43,432 bases of DNA from Bacillota bacterium (GTDB lineage Bacteria > Bacillota > Clostridia > Peptostreptococcales > Anaerovoracaceae). Where the stretch lies: assembly GCA_021443825.1 (NCBI GenBank), contig JABUTE010000263.1:1-43432 (forward strand), in the 5' to 3' direction. The position numbers and the translations under genes were made by a program. This document shows positions 27,081-34,756 of the stretch, one piece after another. How positions within the stretch are numbered: position 1 is the stretch's first letter; each line of letters begins with the position of its first letter. The notes under the pieces are model-generated. The model saw nothing but the letters and a program-made list of their open reading frames with translations. It had not been told where the DNA came from and searched no databases.

Positions 27081-29057
27081 ATGGCATACATCAGCGGAAC
27101 AAGCAGCACCAGCTCCTCTTCGAGCATCTACGGCACCCGGAACGTGCTTTCGGGCCTGGCCAGCGGCATCGATACCGAAAGTCTCATCGAAAATGCCGTT
27201 ACCGGCTACAAGACCAAGATCACCTCGCTGCAGCAGAAGAAAACACAATACGAGTGGAAGCAGGAGGCTTATCGCAGCATCATCGATAAGCTGTCTTCCT
27301 TTGCCGACAAATATACCTCCTATCAGTCATCGACCAATCTCATGTCGTCGGCCTTCTACGACAGCGGTCTTAAGATCGTGTCGCAGGGCGTCAATGCCGA
27401 TCGGGTAGCCGCCTCCGGAAAGACGAACAGCGATGTACAGGTGCTGGGCGTCAAGCAGCTGGCCACCGCCGCCACCTACACCTCCACCACCCTGGGCGGA
27501 AGCAGCTCTCCCATCACCGGCGATGCCGTGGCTTTTTCCGATCTGGGCGAAGATTTCGAGGGAAAGGAGCTTACCTTCACCCTCGACGGCGTCACAAAAA
27601 AGATCACATTGAAGGCGGCCGATACCTACGGCGACGCCGACGGTCTGGTGCAGAGCCTGCAGCAGCAGCTGAATGATGCCTTCGGCACCGGAAAGATCAC
27701 CCTTACCTCCACCGGCGATGCATCGTCTTTTGCCATGGAATTCAGCGTCAGCTACGGCTCCACCTTAAGCCTTGGCGGCAGCGCCTGCGCTTCTTTGGGT
27801 CTTACCAACGGCGCCACCAGCTATGTCAACAGCGGAAACACCCTGGAGCAGATCCTGGGCAGCACCGCCTTCGACAGCCTTACCCAAAGCGGCACCGACG
27901 AGAACGGCGAAGCCTTATACGACTTTGTGATCAATGGCGTATCCGTCGGTCAGTTCAGCAAGAACAGCACTCTTGAATCGGTGATCACCGCCGTCAACTC
28001 CAATGCCGACGCAGGAGTCACCGTCCGCTTTTCCAAGATCACCAATCAGTTCACCTTCACCACGAAAGAGACAGGCACCGCGCAGCACATCACCATGGAA
28101 GACGGCGGCCTTTCCGCAGCGATCTTCGGCCAGGCCGATGCCAGAAACGGCCAGGATGCCATCTTCTCGGCCCGCGTCAACGGACAGCTGCTTGACGGCG
28201 TCTCCCGCAGCAGCAACAGCTTTGAGATCGACGGTCTTTCCCTCAACCTGAAGGGTACCTTCGGCGATTATACCGAAAGCAACGGCTCCTACAGCCTGAC
28301 CGATCCGTCGTCGGCAGCCCTGTCGGCCGTCACCTTCACCTCTCAGATGGACAGCGAAAAGATCGTCAGCGCCATCAAGTCCATGGTGGACGATTTCAAC
28401 ACCATGGTCACCGAGATCAAGAAGGCCTATTCCACCCTTCCCGCGCAGAAATCCAACGGAAGCGCCTATCTGCCCCTCTCCGACGAAGACAGAAGCGATA
28501 TGTCCGAATCGGCCATCGCCAAATACGAGGAGCAGGCCAAGCAGGGTCTGCTGTTCGGCGACAGCGAGCTTTCCGATCTTTATACCCGTCTGATCAGATC
28601 TCTTTCGGTCAATGCCGGCGATTCGCTTGCTTTAAAGAATATCGGCATCACTGCCAGCTACACCTCCGGACAGACCACCATCAGCCTGGACGAAAACAAG
28701 CTGAAGGCGGCTTTGGAAAGCGATCCCGAAAAGGTAAAGAATCTGCTTTCGGGCAGCGGCAGCGGAAGCAGCAGCATGCTTTCGTCCATGAAGCAGACCA
28801 TCGAAAAATACGCCAAGACCACCGGCACCAAGGGTCTTCTCATCCAGAAGGCCGGATCTTCGCTGGCGCCCACCTCCCTGTTAGACAACACGCTGAAAAA
28901 GAGCATCGACAAGCTGGAAGAGCAGATCACCAAATGGCAGGAGAAGATGGATGCCCAGATCGACCGCTACACCACCCAGTTCACCCAGCTGGAAAAGCTG
29001 ATCTCGCAGATGAATTCCCAGAGCTCGACCCTCAACGGTCTTATGGGCAGCTACTAG
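27081..29057 (+). CDS. fliD: Flagellar filament cap protein FliD
   Basis: 658 aa. N-terminal SGLASGIDTESLIENAVTGYKTKITSLQQKKTQYEWKQEAY and C-terminal coiled coil (…IDRYTTQFTQLEKLISQMNSQSS). Confidence 0.93.
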   Translation: MAYISGTSSTSSSSSIYGTRNVLSGLASGIDTESLIENAVTGYKTKITSLQQKKTQYEWKQEAYRSIIDKLSSFADKYTSYQSSTNLMSSAFYDSGLKIVSQGVNADRVAASGKTNSDVQVLGVKQLATAATYTSTTLGGSSSPITGDAVAFSDLGEDFEGKELTFTLDGVTKKITLKAADTYGDADGLVQSLQQQLNDAFGTGKITLTSTGDASSFAMEFSVSYGSTLSLGGSACASLGLTNGATSYVNSGNTLEQILGSTAFDSLTQSGTDENGEALYDFVINGVSVGQFSKNSTLESVITAVNSNADAGVTVRFSKITNQFTFTTKETGTAQHITMEDGGLSAAIFGQADARNGQDAIFSARVNGQLLDGVSRSSNSFEIDGLSLNLKGTFGDYTESNGSYSLTDPSSAALSAVTFTSQMDSEKIVSAIKSMVDDFNTMVTEIKKAYSTLPAQKSNGSAYLPLSDEDRSDMSESAIAKYEEQAKQGLLFGDSELSDLYTRLIRSLSVNAGDSLALKNIGITASYTSGQTTISLDENKLKAALESDPEKVKNLLSGSGSGSSSMLSSMKQTIEKYAKTTGTKGLLIQKAGSSLAPTSLLDNTLKKSIDKLEEQITKWQEKMDAQIDRYTTQFTQLEKLISQMNSQSSTLNGLMGSY

Positions 29058-29067
29058 GAGGCAATGA

Positions 29068-29454
29068 ATGGACCCCAGAGCGAATCAGAAATATAAAGAG
29101 CAGAGCATCAACACCATGACGCCCGAAGAGCTGCTTTTGCTGCTCTTCGACGAACTGGTCAAGCGGCTTTTGCGGGCAGAGCTGGAGCTGAAGGCGAAGA
29201 ATTTCGATCAGTTCGAAGAAAGCGTTACCCGTGCCATCGATATCATTCAATATCTCAGCAACACCCTCGATCGCAGCTATGAAGTAAGCGCCGGGCTCGA
29301 CAAGCTCTATGAATATTTCATCTACCAGCTGGGAAGAGCAAAGATCGGCCGCAACCAGGAGGTGCTCGGCTCGGTCAAGGATTATGTATCCCAGCTGCGC
29401 GATACCTTCCGCCAGGCCAAGGCCAACGCAGAAAAGGAGCCTGCTGCCTTATGA
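29068..29454 (+). CDS. fliS: Flagellin-specific export chaperone FliS
   Basis: 128 aa. …YKEQSINTMTPEELLLLLFDELVKRLLRAE…FDQFEESVTRAIDIIQYLSNTLD is typical of FliS. Confidence 0.9.
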   Translation: MDPRANQKYKEQSINTMTPEELLLLLFDELVKRLLRAELELKAKNFDQFEESVTRAIDIIQYLSNTLDRSYEVSAGLDKLYEYFIYQLGRAKIGRNQEVLGSVKDYVSQLRDTFRQAKANAEKEPAAL

Positions 29455-29840
29455 CACCCAACGTTCTGCAAAGCGCATTAAGCATCGAAAAGACCATGGC
29501 AGGGCTGCTGCGCGAGACCCAGGACATCAGCCGCCAGCTGGCAGAGGCACTCGACCGAAGCGACAAGGTGGTGATCTCCATGCTCACCGCCATGCGGCAG
29601 GAGCCCATCGAAGGGCTCAAACGCCAAAGGCGCCTGCTGGAAGACCTGCGAGACTCCCTTCCCGAAGAAGAGACAAAGCACTTTGCCGGTCTTCTTAACG
29701 GCGAGCAGCCGGAGTCTTCCGAAGAAGCCCCACTGGCCGCTCAGGTCGCAGCAAACCGAAGGCTTCTTACCCAGCTGCTGGAGCTGGATAAACGGCTGAG
29801 TCTGAAGCTGGGCGCAGACAAGTCCTTCTATAAGCTGTGA
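29451..29840 (+). CDS. Hypothetical helical protein, possible FliT/FlgN-like export chaperone
   Basis: 129 aa, ATGA-coupled to fliS, predicted all-helical, in the fliD-fliS-fliT position. No diagnostic motif. Confidence 0.35.
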   Translation: MTPNVLQSALSIEKTMAGLLRETQDISRQLAEALDRSDKVVISMLTAMRQEPIEGLKRQRRLLEDLRDSLPEEETKHFAGLLNGEQPESSEEAPLAAQVAANRRLLTQLLELDKRLSLKLGADKSFYKL

Positions 29841-29967
29841 TCAAAAATTAATACGTGATCGTTACAGCCGGGGGCATTTTTTGCTGCCCGGCGTTCGAGT
29901 CCCATATCTCATATCTCTTCAGGGAAGCCTGCCCACCCCCTGTCAACCCACCCAGGAGCCCCGCTGT

Positions 29968-30756
29968 ATGCCCATCATTACGCTGGAAAACGCCGGAAAG
30001 GACTACAAAGTCCGAAAAGGCCACGGCGTCAACGGTAAAAGGATCATAAACGCAGTCGACGACATCAACCTTGCCATTCGGCAGGGTGAATTTGTGTTTC
30101 TGATCGGCAGCAGCGGCGCCGGAAAATCCACTCTTCTCAATCTGATCAGCGGCGATATCAAGCCCACCCGAGGCAAGGTCTGTCTTGACGGGCGAGATCT
30201 TGCCCTTCTGAAGTTCCTCAGCGGAAAAACGACGCTGCAGTTCGGCAAGGTCTCCCAGACCGGCACCCTGGTGCGCCGCATGACGGTGATGGATAACCTG
30301 ATCCTGGCAGGCATGATCGGTCGCGGCCCCTTCGAGTCAAAAAAGAAGGTGCGCATGCGGGCAGAAAAGGTTCTGGGCCTTGTGGGCATGCAGGGCTACG
30401 GAGAGCGGTTTCCCGCAGAGCTTTCTCTTGGCGAGAGCCGCCGCATCGAGCTGGCCCGGGCCATGATCAACAGTCCGCCGGTGCTGATCTTAGATGAGGT
30501 CACCGCCAATCTGGACGACGACAACATTTGGGATATCTTTCACCTTTTAACGGAGATCAACCGCAGAGGAACCACCGTCATCATGGCGACCCACGCAGGC
30601 ACCTATGTCAATATCATGCGCCGAAGGGTCATCACCCTGGTCGACGGCAAGATCTATTCCGACGTTCCCAACGGCCGCTACGAAGCCGTGCGCAAAAGCC
30701 CGCAGGAGCAGGCCTTGCCGGGGGCTTCTGTACAGGATTTTTTCAATAACAGATAA
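29968..30756 (+). CDS. FtsE-like ABC ATPase with a degenerate signature motif and no adjacent permease
   Basis: Start trimmed to ATG 29968 (AGGAG 9 nt upstream). Walker A GSSGAGKST, Q-loop, signature LSLGESRR (instead of LSGGxQQR), Walker B VLILDEVTANLD, H-loop IMATH. Confidence 0.8.
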   Translation: MPIITLENAGKDYKVRKGHGVNGKRIINAVDDINLAIRQGEFVFLIGSSGAGKSTLLNLISGDIKPTRGKVCLDGRDLALLKFLSGKTTLQFGKVSQTGTLVRRMTVMDNLILAGMIGRGPFESKKKVRMRAEKVLGLVGMQGYGERFPAELSLGESRRIELARAMINSPPVLILDEVTANLDDDNIWDIFHLLTEINRRGTTVIMATHAGTYVNIMRRRVITLVDGKIYSDVPNGRYEAVRKSPQEQALPGASVQDFFNNR

Positions 30757-30787
30757 TGCACCATAGAACCCTCCATAAGACAGTGCA

Positions 30788-31612
30788 ATGAAAAAGATCA
30801 AGCTGAACAAAAAAATCATTATCATACTGGCCGCCGTTTTGGTGGCGGCTGCGGTCGGCGCCTTCTTTCTGCTCAAGTCGAAAAAGCCGGCCGAAGAAGA
30901 GCTCTCCGAGGAGCCGGTCGACAACACCATCGAGGCGCCTTTGCAGTACGCTGTGGGCGAAAAGCTTTTTACCGCTCTTCCCGTTTCCGGAGAGACCGTC
31001 ACGGTCACGGCGGGCGAGGTCGACGAAGAGGGAACCATCCTCAGCTATTGCTACAGCGGTTATAAGGATATGCCCGGCCTTCTTTCGGGCTACAGCACCC
31101 TGATGTGCACCTCCGATCTGGGCTTTTCGCGAGTTGATGAAGAGATGGAGCAGCTGGACGAAACGACTCTGGCCGCCCCGCTTCCCGCCGAGGGCACCCT
31201 GCGTCTGCTGCACAAAGAAGAGATCTCACCGACGGCGCAGCTGATCACCGTCACCTGGAAGGGGCAGGACTGCACCGTCGCCGCCAAATCGACCGTTATC
31301 CGGCCGAAGAAGGTTGCCAAGGCTACTTCTTCTGCAGCTGCCATGACCATCACCGACGTGCAGGATTACGTGCAGAACCTGAAGCCTTCGTATCTGGGGC
31401 TCGACGGCGAATCCATGGCAGAATATAACGTCTACCTCATGGACGGCTATGCCCGCATGGGCGACACCTACTGTATGCGCTTTAATGTATACCGCACCGA
31501 CGGCGTGGCCGGAACCAACGAGATCGCCGGCATGTATACCATCAGCTGCGACAGCCAGAAGGTCTACCGCTACGATGCCGATGCCCGCACCGTGACCGAG
31601 CTGAGCGAATAA
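30788..31612 (+). CDS. Single-pass membrane-anchored extracytoplasmic protein of unknown function
   Basis: 274 aa with an N-terminal signal anchor (KKIIIILAAVLVAAAVGAFFLL). The C-terminal about 80 aa resemble a PepSY-like beta-rich module (…MYTISCDSQKVYRYDADARTVTEL). No recognised family. Confidence 0.6.
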   Translation: MKKIKLNKKIIIILAAVLVAAAVGAFFLLKSKKPAEEELSEEPVDNTIEAPLQYAVGEKLFTALPVSGETVTVTAGEVDEEGTILSYCYSGYKDMPGLLSGYSTLMCTSDLGFSRVDEEMEQLDETTLAAPLPAEGTLRLLHKEEISPTAQLITVTWKGQDCTVAAKSTVIRPKKVAKATSSAAAMTITDVQDYVQNLKPSYLGLDGESMAEYNVYLMDGYARMGDTYCMRFNVYRTDGVAGTNEIAGMYTISCDSQKVYRYDADARTVTELSE

Positions 31613-31636
31613 ACAGAACTCTGTTTCCCCTTTTTG

Positions 31637-31660
31637 CCCGCAGCGATGCGGGTTTTTTAT
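31637..31660 (+). terminator. Rho-independent terminator
   Basis: CCCGCA-GCGA-TGCGGG followed by TTTTTTATT. Confidence 0.75.
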
Positions 31661-31704
31661 TGATCCACTTCGTTTGTTTTTAAGAATAATTTTTAAATTC
31701 ACCA

Positions 31705-31732
31705 CTTAACATTTTCAAAACTGTGCCGATTA
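31705..31732 (+). promoter_or_regulatory. Sigma-28 (SigD/FliA)-type promoter of the flagellin gene
   Basis: CTTAA-N15-GCCGATTA against the consensus (C)TAAA-N15-GCCGATAA, about 185 nt upstream of the flagellin ATG. Confidence 0.6.
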
Positions 31733-31873
31733 AAGTATTGTAAGCCAAAGGCGGGCTGCAAAAGCAGTTTCGCCGGGCAAGCAAAGCGGCCTCTGTGCAC
31801 AGGCCGAAACAGGCGATGCACCTTTCCCAAGGTCCGGCCGGGCCGAAGGAAGGGCGGGCATCCGAAGCTGAAG

Positions 31874-31893
31874 CGTCGGCAAGGAAGCTGACG
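31874..31893 (+). promoter_or_regulatory. Candidate CsrA-binding hairpin (GGA in a hexaloop) in the flagellin leader
   Basis: CGTCGGC-AAGGAA-GCTGACG lies 24 nt upstream of the ATG. A second GGA lies in the SD, AAGGAGG (31904-31910). This is the same two-site architecture reported for B. subtilis hag. fliW and csrA are encoded in this window. Confidence 0.5.
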
Positions 31894-31916
31894 CAAGTAT
31901 TTTAAGGAGGAACACA

Positions 31917-32837
31917 ATGCGTATTCAGCACAACATCAGCGCCATGAATTCTTATCGCAACCTGACCAACAACAACAGCGCTCTGTCCAAGAACCTTGAG
32001 AAGCTCTCTTCCGGTTACAAGATCAACAGAGCAGGCGACGATGCTGCAGGTCTGGCAATTTCCGAAAAGATGAGAGCACAGATCACCGGTCTTAACGCTG
32101 CTACCAAGAACGTAAAGGACGGCATCTCTCTCGTAAAGACTGCAGAAGGAGCTCTGCAGGAAGTTCATGACATGCTCAACAGAATGGTATACCTGGCCGA
32201 ACAGTCTGCAAACGGAACCTACGACGATGCCGTAGACCGTCAGGCTCTGCAGGACGAGGTAACCTCTCTGGCAACTGAAATCACCCGTATCGGTGAGACC
32301 GCTAACTTCAACGGCAAGAAGCTCTTTGCCAACGGCGACAACCTGACCTCGCAGAACGGCGGCGTCGGCATCATGCAGCTGCAGATCGGCGACAGCGCCG
32401 CTGCAGAAGAGCGCCTCGACCTGAGCGTTGCCCTGGCCGGCTCCGAAGATGCTGCCGACCTGAAGACTCTGGTCTCAACCATCACCGACGGAACCCTGAA
32501 CGTACAGACTGTTGATGCAGCTACCACTCTTCTGGCAACCCTCAGAGGCGGTGTAGACACCGCGGGCACCGAGGTAACTCCCGCAGACGGCCTGATCAAT
32601 CAGGTATCCTCTCTCAGAGGTAAGCTGGGCGCAACCCAGAACAGACTGGAGCATACCCAGAACAACCTGGCAGTTATGACCGAAAACATTCAGGATGCAG
32701 AATCCACCATCCGCGATACCGATGTAGCCGAAGAAATGATGGCTTACACCAAGAACAACATCCTGATCCAGTCCGCTCAGGCTATGCTGGCTCAGGCAAA
32801 TCAGGTACCGCAGGGCGTACTTCAGTTAATGCAGTAG
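31917..32837 (+). CDS. fliC: Flagellin (FliC/Hag)
   Basis: MRIQHNISAMNSYRNLTNNNSALSKNLEKLSSGYKINRAGDDAAGLAISEKMRAQI… and C-terminal …LIQSAQAMLAQANQVPQGVLQLMQ. 306 aa with a short variable domain. Confidence 0.97.
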   Translation: MRIQHNISAMNSYRNLTNNNSALSKNLEKLSSGYKINRAGDDAAGLAISEKMRAQITGLNAATKNVKDGISLVKTAEGALQEVHDMLNRMVYLAEQSANGTYDDAVDRQALQDEVTSLATEITRIGETANFNGKKLFANGDNLTSQNGGVGIMQLQIGDSAAAEERLDLSVALAGSEDAADLKTLVSTITDGTLNVQTVDAATTLLATLRGGVDTAGTEVTPADGLINQVSSLRGKLGATQNRLEHTQNNLAVMTENIQDAESTIRDTDVAEEMMAYTKNNILIQSAQAMLAQANQVPQGVLQLMQ

Positions 32838-32879
32838 TCTCCAGACTGCATCATATTGTTTCACCAAACAATTGCAATG

Positions 32880-32912
32880 GCCGGGCTTTATGCCCGGCTT
32901 TTGTGTTTTTTT
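32880..32912 (+). terminator. Rho-independent terminator of the flagellin gene
   Basis: GCCGGGC-TTTAT-GCCCGGC followed by TTTTGTGTTTTTTT. Confidence 0.85.
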
Positions 32913-32933
32913 GAAAATTTTTAATTTTTGCTA

Positions 32934-32961
32934 TTAACTATTATGTGAAACCTGTCGATAA
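32934..32961 (+). promoter_or_regulatory. Candidate sigma-28-type promoter for the FliK-like / FlhB-C-like / PilZ operon
   Basis: TTAA-N16-GTCGATAA (one mismatch to GCCGATAA), 60 nt upstream of ATG 33022. Confidence 0.4.
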
Positions 32962-33021
32962 ATATATCGGGATACTACATTCATCCCCATTTTTTGATGA
33001 TTTTACGGGAGGAGATCCGCC

Positions 33022-34452
33022 ATGCCCGATATTCTTGGGGCTGCAAAACCGGTACAAGCCTACGATAAGGCGATCAACAGCCGCAATACCCCCATTTCCC
33101 CCGAGAGCACCCGCGTGCAGAACAGTCCCGTTCCCGGCGTGGGCATCCAGGCCCCCCAAAGGCACAGCCAGGGCCAGGAAAGCAATCTGGGAAACGGCGG
33201 CGGTATTTATTACGAATCCAACTTCAAAAGCTTTCTGGACCGTCTGGAAAACACGCCCTTTTTAAGCGAAGAAACAGCCGGTCTTTTTGCCGATGCCGCA
33301 ATGCAGGCAGAGCTGCCCCAGCTGGCTTCGCCTCTGCAGGCCGACCTGGCGCAGGCTCTCAGCCTCATGGAGGGCGACGACCGGCTTTTAGAGCTTCTCA
33401 TGGAGCAGGTCAACAACGGAAGCCTGTTTGCCGGCAGCTTCTTCAATGTATTAAGAGAAGCTCTCGAAAAAGACAATGCCGCCTTCCTTAAGAAAGACGT
33501 TTTGAACTTTTTAAAATGCTGGATGGATCATTCCGCTCAGGGCCATATCGAAAACAGCATCCGCCAGGATCTGGACCGGCTGGCCCAGTCGCTGCCCCAA
33601 AGCTGGGGCCAAAAGCTGCAGGAGCTGGCCCGCGTCGTCGATAAGAACATGGCAGCCGGCAACCGCAGCGGCGCGCTGCAGCTGCTGGAGGGCAGCCTGA
33701 TGCCCTTTTTGCACCGCTACTTTTCGCTGAGCCATCAGACGGGCACGCCCCGCATGTATCTCAGCATGCTGGTGCTCAACATCGCCCGCTACGAAAACAG
33801 CTCCCTCGAAAAGCTGAACGAAAGCTTTACCCGAATGATGAGCTATTCCGGTTTAAAGCATTCTCTGGGAGGCATCACCTTAGAGCAGCTGCTGCAGCAG
33901 TTCTCGCCGGCGCAAAAAGGCGAAGGCTCCCGCCTAAGCGGCTTAAGCCAGGCCCTGGGCTCTGCCGCAGAGCAGGTCATGAACGGCGACGGAAGCCCCG
34001 AGCTTTTGCAGCTGCTTCGCCGCTTTACCGCATCGGCGCTGGTCAACGAAAGCGTCTACATGCCCATCAATCACTATGTGCTGCCCCTGCAATACAAGGG
34101 CACGGCCCACATGGCTGAGCTTTGGGTCGACCCCGACAGCGAACAGGAGAGCAAAGGTGGCAAGGCGAAAAAGCCTGCCTGCAAGCTGTATTTTAAGATG
34201 GAGCTGGCGCCTTTAGGCAGCCTCGATATGATCGTTACCGCCGCCGAAAACCGGGTAGCGGTCAATCTCTTCTGCCCCGAAGAGGTGATGCCTTTTTCCA
34301 GGCAGATCCAGACGGCTCTTACCGACATATTGAAAAACAACCAGCTTGAGGCCGCGTCCATCACCGTTAAAAAGGCAGATCACCGGCTCAGCCTGCGAGA
34401 AATATTCCCCAAGATCGATCAATGGAGGAACAGCGTAGATGTCAGGATATGA
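33022..34452 (+). CDS. FliK-like protein (second hook-length-control-type C-terminal domain)
   Basis: 476 aa, GGGAGGAG SD. The C-terminal segment KLYFKMELAPLGSLDMIVTAAENRVAVNLFCPEEVMPFSRQIQTALTDILKNNQLEAASITVK follows the L-x-L-x-P-x-x-LG-x-(beta strands) pattern of the FliK domain seen at 12650-12900. The rest has no recognised motif. Confidence 0.55.
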   Translation: MPDILGAAKPVQAYDKAINSRNTPISPESTRVQNSPVPGVGIQAPQRHSQGQESNLGNGGGIYYESNFKSFLDRLENTPFLSEETAGLFADAAMQAELPQLASPLQADLAQALSLMEGDDRLLELLMEQVNNGSLFAGSFFNVLREALEKDNAAFLKKDVLNFLKCWMDHSAQGHIENSIRQDLDRLAQSLPQSWGQKLQELARVVDKNMAAGNRSGALQLLEGSLMPFLHRYFSLSHQTGTPRMYLSMLVLNIARYENSSLEKLNESFTRMMSYSGLKHSLGGITLEQLLQQFSPAQKGEGSRLSGLSQALGSAAEQVMNGDGSPELLQLLRRFTASALVNESVYMPINHYVLPLQYKGTAHMAELWVDPDSEQESKGGKAKKPACKLYFKMELAPLGSLDMIVTAAENRVAVNLFCPEEVMPFSRQIQTALTDILKNNQLEAASITVKKADHRLSLREIFPKIDQWRNSVDVRI

Positions 34453-34729
34453 TAAAAGCAGCGGCCCCGCCGAAAAGGCCGTGGCCCTTTCCTATACAGA
34501 CAGAGATTCCGCACCGGTCATCGTCGCCTCGGGCATGGGGCCTCTTGCCGAAAGGATCGTTGAGGCAGCCGCTAAAAGCGGCGTTCCCATCTACGAAGAC
34601 AACTCGCTGGCCACCGTGCTCACCAGGCTGCAGCTGGGCCAGGAGATCCCGCCGGCCCTTTACAGCGCCATCGTAGAGATCTATCTGTATTTTCTTAATT
34701 TCGACGTCGGCGAAAGCCGCAAGCAGTAG
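34439..34729 (+). CDS. Stand-alone FlhB C-terminal-subdomain paralog (EscU/YscU/HrcU-like, YlqH/COG2257 type)
   Basis: The 96-aa product aligns with this window's own FlhB immediately after the NPTH site: KAVALSYTDRDSAPVIVASGMGPLAERIVEAAAKSGVPIYEDNSLATVL…EIPPALYSAIVEIYLYF versus FAVALRYDPEKDNAPILLAKGQDELALRIVKVAEENKVAVVEDVPLARAL…EIPQELYSQVAEVLVYVF. Confidence 0.85.
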   Translation: MSGYDKSSGPAEKAVALSYTDRDSAPVIVASGMGPLAERIVEAAAKSGVPIYEDNSLATVLTRLQLGQEIPPALYSAIVEIYLYFLNFDVGESRKQ

Positions 34730-34756
34730 AAGCTTCCGCTTCAAAAGGAGTGTCAA

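Noticed and set aside
29868-29893. Hairpin after the fliT-like gene (GCCGGGGGCA-TTTTTT-GCTGCCCGGC) as a terminator.
   Set aside because: The T-run lies in the loop rather than after the stem, and the stem needs bulges. That is not convincing as an intrinsic terminator on either strand.
29881-29967. N-terminal extensions suggested by the ORF track: 29881 for the ABC ATPase, 40595 for the SLH protein, 35743 for flgN, 18500 for fliO, 40305 for csrA, 19673 for fliQ, and 27021-27248 for the ComFB-like gene.
   Set aside because: For most of these, an internal ATG preceded by a good SD gives a protein that starts where family members or signal peptides start; the ComFB-like start has no clear SD and was trimmed only to avoid fliD. 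The extensions overlap upstream genes or, for the ComFB-like gene, the fliD coding region.
31740-31900. Possible second c-di-GMP aptamer in the flagellin leader (GCCAAAGG…GGGCAAGCAAAGCGGCC and GGCAAGGAAGCUGACGCAAG resemble GEMM-I words).
   Set aside because: There is no GNRA-capped helix between the two words. The spacing is wrong (7 nt in the second case), and the GCAAAC / GACGCAAAGC cores are each mutated. The GGA motifs are better explained as CsrA sites.
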